A stretch of 64,000 bases of DNA from Clostridium sp. 26_22 (GTDB lineage Bacteria; Bacillota; Clostridia; TANB77; CAG-508): assembly GCA_001916005.1 (NCBI GenBank), contig MNRP01000037.1:1631-65630 (forward strand), in the 5' to 3' direction. Position 1 is the stretch's first letter, and each line of letters begins with the position of its first letter. The notes under the pieces were generated by a model, which was not told where the DNA came from, searched no databases, and saw only the letters and a list, made by a program, of their open reading frames with translations. The translations under genes were made by a program, and so were the position numbers. Positions 28,202 through 35,524 of this stretch are shown piece after piece.

Positions 28202-28207
28202 AAAAAT

Positions 28208-28300
28208 AACTATTTAAACTAACTGCAATAGTTTGAATAGGGGCTATATAGCTAACAAAACACGGGAAGTCTATGTGTGTTCTCCTCCGTGTTTTGTTTT
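28208..28300 (+). ncRNA. candidate about 90-nt two-hairpin sRNA (RNA-2) or 3' domain of the P1 transcript
   Basis: SL1 (28210-28240) has an 11-bp stem with the loop AACTGCAAT. SL2 is AACAAAACACGG/CCGTGTTTTGTT followed by a U tract, and its loop contains TATGTGTGTTCTCC. Both loops are complementary to sites in RNA-1. Confidence 0.5.
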
Positions 28301-28387
28301 TTGCGTACAGTGCATTATTTTGTGAAGTTACTTAAAATTTATGAATAATATGGATAAAATTTAGTCTAAAAATAAAGAAATATACTT

Positions 28388-28433
28388 AAAATCTGCATAC
28401 TATGCAATTTTTAATGCGTAGCATGCAGATTTT
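28388..28433 (+). terminator. long hairpin plus T tract upstream of the Spo0A_C-like gene (attenuator/terminator)
   Basis: AAAATCTGCATACTATGC / GCGTAGCATGCAGATTTT give 17 pairs with one mismatch. The counterpart in IME-2 is at 38067-38112. Confidence 0.55.
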
Positions 28434-28511
28434 TATATTTTGACCAATTTACATAATCATAGTATAGTTTTAATAAATAATATAGTTTTTAACAGAAAGA
28501 GGGGAAAGAGA

Positions 28512-28865
28512 TTGCAAGATTTTGATAATAGACAATTAAATATTATAATTCGCAATAATCTTCGTTTATTAGGTATAAAATCTTGCAACAAAAGTACAAA
28601 GATGCTTGCGAAAACTATATTTTATATTAAAAGTAATAATATAATACTTGAAGATTATAAAGCTAATGAGATTTATTGTAGTATTGCAAAATTATATAAC
28701 AATACTACACCTAAGAATATAAAAGATAATATTGATTATGCTTTATCACATAGAGATGTATTAAAATCAAAGCAAAATTTTAAAAGAGTATTTAATTTTG
28801 AATATTCAGAAGATGTATTTACAAATAAGAATTTTATTGAAGAGTTTTCAAATATAATTAATTGA
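28512..28865 (+). CDS. Spo0A C-terminal (DNA-binding) domain-only protein, TTG start
   Basis: LRLLGIKSCNKSTKMLAKTI...IYCSIAKLYNTTPKNIKDNIDYALSH...FTNKNFIEEF is collinear with the Spo0A effector domain. The TTG at 28512 follows AGAGGGGAAAGAG. The ORF-track start at 28440 lies in the terminator T tract. Confidence 0.6.
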   Translation: MQDFDNRQLNIIIRNNLRLLGIKSCNKSTKMLAKTIFYIKSNNIILEDYKANEIYCSIAKLYNNTTPKNIKDNIDYALSHRDVLKSKQNFKRVFNFEYSEDVFTNKNFIEEFSNIIN

Positions 28866-29216
28866 TTGTAAATTCAACTTTATTAACTGAAATAGAAAAG
28901 CATATATAGAGGAATAAAAGTACCTAATTTTATTGTCAAAATTCTATAGAAATATGATACTCATCTTAGTAGATAAAACAAAGATAAAGAGAAATACAAC
29001 TTATTAATAAAAGAAATTTATAATATTATAGAAATTTAAATATAGCCAATATTAGAAAAAATATTTATTTTTACTTTTTTTTACCTTTTTATTCAAAAAG
29101 ACTAAATATATGATATTAATATTGTATAAAATTAGTACTTAATATTGAAACATAAATATCTTAATATGAAAGGAGGATAGAAAAATATAAATTTTTTATA
29201 AAGGGGGAATTATAGA

Positions 29217-30428
29217 ATGAAAGTATGGAAAATTTTTAGAAATATTATTAGTAGTATAATTGCTTTTATATTAATAAATAGTATGATTGTATTTTCTTAT
29301 GCAAGTGAACAAAATAAAGTAGATAAAAAGTTAGAACCTAATATAGAAGCAAAACAAGATGAAGAAATAAGAATAGAGAATAATAAAACTAGGATATTAG
29401 AACAGGAACTAGATTATTTAGTAAATATGAGAGTATATATTAAAAATGCATATACAGGAAAATATTTAGATGTAGCTGGTGGTAATATAGAAAATGGAAC
29501 TAATGTGCAACAATATGAATTTAATGGAACTAATGCACAAAAATGGGGATTATATTCTTATGGAGATGGAAATTATACAATAGTATCTGAGCTTAATAGT
29601 GATGGTACACATTATAATAGGGTTTTAGATGTAAGTAACGGATTAAATGGAGAAAATATAAATGTTCACTTATGGGAAAATAATGGTAGTGATGCACAGA
29701 AATTTTCTATTTGTAAAACAAATTATAGTACTTATGTAATATTTTCAAAAGTCTCAAATTATGAAAAATGTGTACAATTAGATGGATTCCCTTGTAATAA
29801 TAGTGCAAATGTAGATCAATATTCATGGGTAGCAACTGCTAATCAATGTTGGATTCTTGAACCTGTATATGAAACTCCTAGCTTTGGAGTTAGATATGCT
29901 AAAGATACTTATAATTTAGGAGTTCATGCGTATCCAGATATGAGAGACTGGGGGGCAGATTGTACTAATTTTGTATCTCAATGCTTATTAGCTTCTGGCA
30001 AACATTATCAAGATAATTGGAAAGTTTATCGCAAAAACGATGCTTATAGTAAACCTACTAGTGTACAACAATTGGATGAGTCATGGGAACTTTGCCAACC
30101 TAAAACCAGTCCATGGACTAGTGCCCAAGAGTTTTATAACTACTGGAAAAATCGTTCTTCATATCGTTATATAAAAGGATCAGATATTGTTGCAAATAGT
30201 TCTAATGCAGTTTTGCAAACAAACTTAAATGAGGGAGATGTAATTCAATATGCAGAGTTTAATATATTTGGTCAACCGTCACAAGTTAACCACACAATGT
30301 ATGTAACAGGAAGAAATAGTAATAACTATTATTTAACGTATCATTCGGAATCAAGACTAGATAAAAGCTTAGTTGAGATATGTAATGATTTACCAAATAA
30401 GTATTTTATATTTTACAGAATAATGTAA
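29217..30428 (+). CDS. secreted ricin-B-lectin plus amidase-like (Cys) domain protein
   Basis: It has a signal peptide, Q-x-W-type trefoil repeats (NAQKWGL, DAQKFSI, NQCWIL), and a C-terminal GADCTNFVSQCLLASG as in putative amidase (Amidase_6-like) domains. Confidence 0.6.
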   Translation: MKVWKIFRNIISSIIAFILINSMIVFSYASEQNKVDKKLEPNIEAKQDEEIRIENNKTRILEQELDYLVNMRVYIKNAYTGKYLDVAGGNIENGTNVQQYEFNGTNAQKWGLYSYGDGNYTIVSELNSDGTHYNRVLDVSNGLNGENINVHLWENNGSDAQKFSICKTNYSTYVIFSKVSNYEKCVQLDGFPCNNSANVDQYSWVATANQCWILEPVYETPSFGVRYAKDTYNLGVHAYPDMRDWGADCTNFVSQCLLASGKHYQDNWKVYRKNDAYSKPTSVQQLDESWELCQPKTSPWTSAQEFYNYWKNRSSYRYIKGSDIVANSSNAVLQTNLNEGDVIQYAEFNIFGQPSQVNHTMYVTGRNSNNYYLTYHSESRLDKSLVEICNDLPNKYFIFYRIM

Positions 30429-30470
30429 AATATGATAAAATATTATAATAAAGAAAAGGGGGATGAAATT

Positions 30471-30989
30471 ATGAGAAAAAAAATATTAATTGGAATAATA
30501 ATAATGATAGCTATTCTTATTCCTGTAGTAGTATTTGCACTTAAAGAGAATAGTTTGTATTTACCTCCAGCTGGACCAGAGAAAATAACAAAAAATTATA
30601 GTGAAATTAGTTCTAATAGTATTACTACATCTGAAACATCTGAATTGACAGAGAATGAAAGTAAAATGATACAACAAATGCAACAAGAATCAGAAGAATA
30701 TCAGAAAAAAAATGAAGAGGCAAGAGAGATATTAAGAAAGTATAATCCTAATACATTTGATGAATTATATGAAACGAACATAGAAAATTATGAGAAAAAG
30801 GGATTTCACGATTCTGAACTTACAAATGAAGAAAAACAATTATATAAAATGATTATTGATACATATGAAAATGATAATTTGGATGAAAATGAAAGAAATA
30901 TTTTAAAACAACAAATAGAAGAAAATTATGATTATATAAGGAGTATTCCGGGTCTACAAGAAAGAGCAGATAAGATTTTAAATAAATAA
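30471..30989 (+). CDS. membrane-anchored acidic protein (possible partner of the amidase-like protein)
   Basis: GGGGGA RBS, then ATG 30471. It has a single N-terminal TM helix and an E/N/K-rich ectodomain. Confidence 0.5.
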   Translation: MRKKILIGIIIMIAILIPVVVFALKENSLYLPPAGPEKITKNYSEISSNSITTSETSELTENESKMIQQMQQESEEYQKKNEEAREILRKYNPNTFDELYETNIENYEKKGFHDSELTNEEKQLYKMIIDTYENDNLDENERNILKQQIEENYDYIRSIPGLQERADKILNK

Positions 30990-31070
30990 TATAATGGCTA
31001 ATTATTAAGGAGGAATACTCTAATAGGAGTTTTCTCCTTAATTTGAATTTGAAAATGTAAAGGGGAAAAA

Positions 31071-31787
31071 ATGATTAATATTTTAGTGGTAGAAGATGAT
31101 ATTATTCAATTAAAACAAATCATTAATTATATATCACAAAAAAATGAAGATATTAAATTATATGGACTAACATATTCAGGAGAAGAAGCATTAAAATTAT
31201 TAATGACAGGAAAAATTGATATTATTATTTTAGATTTAAAATTAGATGGTATGAGTGGTGTTGACGTTATAAAGTATATTGAAAGTAAGAAAATAGAAAA
31301 ATATAAGAAGTCAATTATAATTGTTTCAGGCGAATATAATATGATTAAAGACATATATACTAGTATATATGTCTATGAAATTTTTTTAAAACCATTTAAT
31401 CTATACTCTTTAAATAAATCTATTGAAGATATAATATATGAGAAGAAATATGCTAATGAAATAAAAGAAAAAATACGTAGGGAATTAGACTTACTTAATT
31501 TTAATTTTACTCATGAAGGAAGTAAATATTTATTGGAATGCATTTATCAAGTATATACTTTAGAGTATATAGATGATATGAATTTATCAAAAATTATTTA
31601 TCCTATTTTAGCTAAGAAATATAAAAAAACAGTTAACACAATATATGGAAACATAAAACAAGCGATAAATTCAATGTTTGATAATTGTCCCAAGAAGGTT
31701 TTAAAAAACTATTTTAATTTTAATTGTTTAATAAAACCTAGACCTAAAGAAGTAATTTATACTATTTTAAATAAAATTAATAATTAA
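31071..31787 (+). CDS. Spo0A-like response regulator (receiver + Spo0A_C DNA-binding domain) carried by IME-1
   Basis: The REC residues are VVEDD, IIILDLKLDGMSG, IIVSG and FLKPF. The C-terminus IYPILAKKYKKTVNTIYGNIKQAI...KPRPKEVIYTILNKI is collinear with Spo0A LYPxIAKKYxTTxSRVERAIRHAI...KPTNSEFIAMIADKL. Confidence 0.7.
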   Translation: MINILVVEDDIIQLKQIINYISQKNEDIKLYGLTYSGEEALKLLMTGKIDIIILDLKLDGMSGVDVIKYIESKKIEKYKKSIIIVSGEYNMIKDIYTSIYVYEIFLKPFNLYSLNKSIEDIIYEKKYANEIKEKIRRELDLLNFNFTHEGSKYLLECIYQVYTLEYIDDMNLSKIIYPILAKKYKKTVNTIYGNIKQAINSMFDNCPKKVLKNYFNFNCLIKPRPKEVIYTILNKINN

Positions 31788-31968
31788 AAAATAACTTTAA
31801 ACGATTAATGGATTAGTGCTAAGACTATTTAAAGATAAAAGAAAATTACATAAATATACACTATATATAAAATGTAAAAAATGTTAAAAATGCTTATTCT
31901 AAAATAAAACTTGAATAGGCATTTAAGATTTGAGAATAGATAATAAGATGTTATAATTTTATATTTTT

Positions 31969-32922
31969 TTATTTTTCAAAATATTGAACAAAATTATTTA
32001 CTATACGTTTAAATCTATCAATAGGAAAACTAAATAGATTTTTTACAACTTCAAAAGTTTTTTCAATATAATTTTTTAATCTATAATTTTCTTTCTTTAA
32101 TTCTTCATTTTCATATTTTAAATTAGTATTTTCTTGTTGTAATTCTTCTAGCTTATTAATAGCTGTATATGATTTACTTAATTGAACTTTTAATTTGTTT
32201 GTATATTTAATTAATTCCTTGTTTTGTTGAATTATTAAAGAGGTATCTTTAGTATATATAGGTTGTATTTGTTCTTGTGTTAATTCATATTTTATATTAT
32301 CATAATTTGTTATTTGCTTTAATTTTTCCGTACTTAAATGCTCAACGTTTCTTGTTTTTCCTCTTTCTAAATTGAATCCATTATTTTTTATATATAGATA
32401 GAAACTATCTTGTAATTGTTGATAACTATTTTTTCCTTTCCAATATTCGCTACAGGCAATTTTATTCACTTGTTTTCTAGTTTTTTTATCTATTTTAGAA
32501 ACAACAGGAACAAAAACTAAATGCAAGTGGGGAGTGCTTTCGTCCATATGAACTTTAGCAGATAATATGTATTTTTCTCCTAAATTCTTATAATTAGCAA
32601 CAAAGTCATAAGCAGTTTGAAAGTATCTTTTTGTTTCATTTTCTCCGATTGAGTCAAAAAATTCTTTATCAGATGTAATAATAAATTCACATACAAGATT
32701 AGTATAACTTGTAATTCTACACTTTAAATCATTTTCATCTATTAATTGTTTAATAGCTCTTGAATAGGTAGTATTACATTGTTTGATTGAATAATTATTA
32801 ATAGAATTGTTTTTATTAATATCTTTGTTAGAGTAATTAGTATTTTTCCTTTCTGTGTGTTTATATAGCCCAGGTAAATTATCTCTTTTATAATTTGCAT
32901 TTCTAATTATTGCATAACTCAT
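31969..32922 (-). CDS. mob: MobV-family relaxase (Mob/Pre)
   Basis: The N-terminus is MSYAIIRNANYKR...YKHTER and the motif is HMDESTPHLHLVFVPV (HxDExxPHxH). The start is taken at the internal Met because the upstream ORF extension covers the oriT repeats. Confidence 0.85.
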   Translation of the reverse strand: MSYAIIRNANYKRDNLPGLYKHTERKNTNYSNKDINKNNSINNYSIKQCNTTYSRAIKQLIDENDLKCRITSYTNLVCEFIITSDKEFFDSIGENETKRYFQTAYDFVANYKNLGEKYILSAKVHMDESTPHLHLVFVPVVSKIDKKTRKQVNKIACSEYWKGKNSYQQLQDSFYLYIKNNGFNLERGKTRNVEHLSTEKLKQITNYDNIKYELTQEQIQPIYTKDTSLIIQQNKELIKYTNKLKVQLSKSYTAINKLEELQQENTNLKYENEELKKENYRLKNYIEKTFEVVKNLFSFPIDRFKRIVNNFVQYFEK

Positions 32923-33008
32923 TTTTATAATTCCTTTTTTAAAAGATAGCCTTCGAAGGCTTACAAAAATAAATACCTCCTTTGAATTTCTTAATAGAAA
33001 ACTTTTAT

Positions 33009-33074
33009 GAAGTTCTAACACACTAGAACTTCACGGAAGTTCTGTGTGATTAAGGACAACTTTGTTTTCCTTAA
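33009..33074. other. oriT-like overlapping inverted repeats of IME-1
   Basis: The arms GAAGTTCTA (33009), TAGAACTTC (33024) and GAAGTTCT (33036) allow alternative hairpins. They are followed by GTGTG and the TTAAGGA/TCCTTAA IR. The block lies immediately upstream of the relaxase gene. Confidence 0.55.
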
Positions 33075-33086
33075 TAATCCTTTTTT

Positions 33087-33308
33087 GCACGATTGAATAT
33101 TATATTTATTAAAATTAATTTAATAAATACCATAAAATAATTATTAATTATTTTGTTTAATATTCTAATCGTGTTATAAGAACCTGACCCACTTATGCAA
33201 TCAAAGATTGCTAGTGGGTACCCCAGAACCTTTTTGCTTGCGCAATAAAAATATTCGCTTTATTGCTCATATTTTTATAAATAGATTTTGCTAAATGCAA
33301 AATCTATT
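33087..33308. other. highly structured non-coding block (single-strand-origin-like?) near the right end of IME-1
   Basis: The GCACGATTGAATATT / AATATTCTAATCGTG IR flanks an AT-rich core. There is an ACCCACT/AGTGGGT hairpin and a 12-bp perfect hairpin AATAGATTTTGC/GCAAAATCTATT. The block is conserved at 41144-41361. Confidence 0.3.
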
Positions 33309-33446
33309 ATCTAGCATTGGCTAAAGTAGTATTTTATTTCTATTCATTTTTATTATTTTTTAGTAATTTATTTTCATTTCTAATTTTCAAACAACTAACT
33401 CAACAAGTATAGCTCAAAGTCTTGATAGTAGTGAATGTAGTCAGGA

Positions 33447-33459
33447 CAGCCCAGCCAAC
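33447..33459 (+). repeat. att core copy 2 (junction IME-1/IME-2)
   Basis: CAGCCCAGCCAAC. Confidence 0.85.
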
Positions 33460-33473
33460 TAAATAATTGATGT

Positions 33474-33505
33474 AAATAGCTTGTATCAACAGATACAGGC
33501 TATTT
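33474..33505 (+). terminator. element-borne hairpin after att core (IME-2 copy)
   Basis: The same AAATAGCTTGTATC / GATACAGGCTATTT hairpin as at 23514-23545. Confidence 0.5.
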
Positions 33506-33773
33506 ACTTGCTTAAAACTAAATATAATTTTAAAAAATTTTCAACATTTAATTTTCATTAGAGATATATAGCTTTTCACGATTTTTAATTTATTTTAATT
33601 TTAGGTATTTCAAACAACTAACTAAACAAATCTATTTGTAATAATTAAAAAATATGTATTTGTTTAGTTAGTATAAGACATTTGTGTCAAACATAAAAAT
33701 TAATAAATTTGATAACCCACTAATATCAATACTTACATGTTTTTTTGTGTTTAGTTAGTGTAAAATAACATAG

Positions 33774-34976
33774 TTATATTTCTTTTTCATTATCATTTTT
33801 TTCAGAAATTAAATTAGTTCCTATTAAATTTTCATTCAGATAATATTGATTAACTTTGTCAAGCTCTCTTTCTTTAAATTGCTCTAAAACAGAAGTATAT
33901 GTATTTAATGTGACTGTAATATCTTTATGTCCCATTAATCTTTGAACTACAACGGGAGCCATACCACTTTCAATGCAACGTGTTCCAAAAGTATGTCTTA
34001 AAGAGTGGCTAGAAATATCAGTAATATTAAGTTCTTGTTTTAATATTCTCTTTAGCTCATTATTTATTGTAGAACGCCTGCAATATTTACTATTATTAGG
34101 TTTAAAAAGTAGTTTTTCATCATTATTAATTTGTTTGTCAGTTATTTGCATTTGTTCTACAACAAAAGGATAAAGAAAGTCGGGGATAGGGATAGTCCTT
34201 TTACCACTATATGTTTTTGTTTTATTTCCCATAATAATATTTCCTTTTTCGTCAGTTGTTAAAGTTCGATGTATATTTAATCTTTTATTTTTTAAGTCTA
34301 TATCGTGTATTGTAAGGGCTAAAGCTTCTCCAACTCTTAAACCGGTATACATTTGCAATAGATATACATTTCTATATTTAAATTCATCTATAGGCTTATC
34401 AAGAAGCCAATTAGTAAAAGATTGTTGTTCTTCAACAGTTAATGCACGTACAACTTTATCCTCTTTGTTACTTTTAGGTCTAACTACATCAATCATTGGA
34501 TTTTGAACTATATATCCTTTGTTCATAGCAATAGTAAAAGCTTGATTTAATTGTTGATGAGCTTTTTCTATCATCGAATTACTTAAATTTTTTAGAGAAT
34601 TTAAATAAGTTTGTAATTCTTCTGTTTTTATTGTATCAATTTTTTTATTAGCAAGAGGGTATTTTTCTAATCGTTTAATTGAATTTAAAGTTCTACCATA
34701 TTGTGCAAGTCCAATTTGATTAGTACTATATTTTAGTTCTAAATTAGCTTTTAATACTTCGACTAAGGGTATACCATTATGTTCTATATAAATAGGATTT
34801 TCTTTTTGATACATAATTGTATTTAAGTATTTTTTAGCTTCATTTTCTGTTTTAAAACTTTTTGTTTTATATTTCATTTTACCTGTTTCAGTATCATATT
34901 CTTTATATTGAGCGTTCCACTTTTTTCTTTGTTTATTATAATATATCGAACCTTCGCCATTTCCTTTTGATGACAT
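33774..34976 (-). CDS. int: tyrosine recombinase/integrase of IME-2
   Basis: It is collinear with 23822-25027 and most residues are identical by eye. The catalytic R, H-x-x-R and H...Y are present. Confidence 0.9.
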   Translation of the reverse strand: MSSKGNGEGSIYYNKQRKKWNAQYKEYDTETGKMKYKTKSFKTENEAKKYLNTIMYQKENPIYIEHNGIPLVEVLKANLELKYSTNQIGLAQYGRTLNSIKRLEKYPLANKKIDTIKTEELQTYLNSLKNLSNSMIEKAHQQLNQAFTIAMNKGYIVQNPMIDVVRPKSNKEDKVVRALTVEEQQSFTNWLLDKPIDEFKYRNVYLLQMYTGLRVGEALALTIHDIDLKNKRLNIHRTLTTDEKGNIIMGNKTKTYSGKRTIPIPDFLYPFVVEQMQITDKQINNDEKLLFKPNNSKYCRRSTINNELKRILKQELNITDISSHSLRHTFGTRCIESGMAPVVVQRLMGHKDITVTLNTYTSVLEQFKERELDKVNQYYLNENLIGTNLISEKNDNEKEI

Positions 34977-34979
34977 AAA

Positions 34980-35240
34980 TTACACCTCGCTTTCTTTTTT
35001 ATTCATTTTCCATAATAAGTATGAAGCCAAAGTAACAGCTTTTCTTTTTCCAATTTGAATTGAAGGAAAGTCTTTTTGTTTGAATAGGTCATAAGCTTGA
35101 TTTATTCCAATATGTAAATCTTTTGATACATATGATACAGATAATGTTGAAAAAGGATTTTGTACTTTGTTTAAATAATTTATTATTATTTGTTTTCTTA
35201 AATCTTCTTTCGCATTAGTTATATTTAATTGATTATTCAT
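34980..35240 (-). CDS. xis: excisionase-like HTH protein of IME-2
   Basis: An ATG follows GGAGGTG. The sequence is ...SVSYVSKDLHIGINQAYDLFKQKDFPSIQIGKRKAVT... It ends 3 nt before the int start. Confidence 0.65.
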   Translation of the reverse strand: MNNQLNITNAKEDLRKQIIINYLNKVQNPFSTLSVSYVSKDLHIGINQAYDLFKQKDFPSIQIGKRKAVTLASYLLWKMNKKESEV

Positions 35241-35254
35241 TAAAACACCTCCAA

Positions 35255-35524
35255 TTACCTTTCATAATTTTTATCATTAAAATTTGTATTTCTTGCTAGA
35301 CAAATAACATCTAAAAAAGCTTCTGCTTCGTCCCAAGTTTTAAAACAATTCTCATTATCTATTCCGTACCAATTAGTTTCAGTGTTATTTCTATTAATTA
35401 ATGCAATAGCTTTATTATAGGTATAATCACTTGAAATATTTAACATTAATAATTTTTTATCAGTATCAGATAACATATATTCATTAAGTCCTTGTATTCT
35501 TTTTTGTAATTCTTGTTTTTTCAT
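35255..35524 (-). CDS. hypothetical protein (IME core)
   Basis: Homolog of 25307-25576. Confidence 0.6.
   Translation of the reverse strand: MKKQELQKRIQGLNEYMLSDTDKKLLMLNISSDYTYNKAIALINRNNTETNWYGIDNENCFKTWDEAEAFLDVICLARNTNFNDKNYER

Larger units (their letters stand above)
23500..33459. mobile_element. integrative mobilizable element IME-1 (tRNA-Gln site)
   Basis: It is bounded by identical 13-bp direct repeats. It carries a tyrosine integrase, a Xis-like gene, an XRE switch region, a MobV relaxase and oriT-like IRs. Its ends are homologous to those of IME-2. Confidence 0.8.

Noticed and set aside
32923-33021. N-terminal 33-codon extensions of both relaxase ORFs (also 40979-41077).
   Set aside because: The extensions translate through the oriT-like inverted repeats and a 14-bp palindrome (AGCCTTCGAAGGCT). 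MobV relaxases typically begin MSY..., which is the internal Met.
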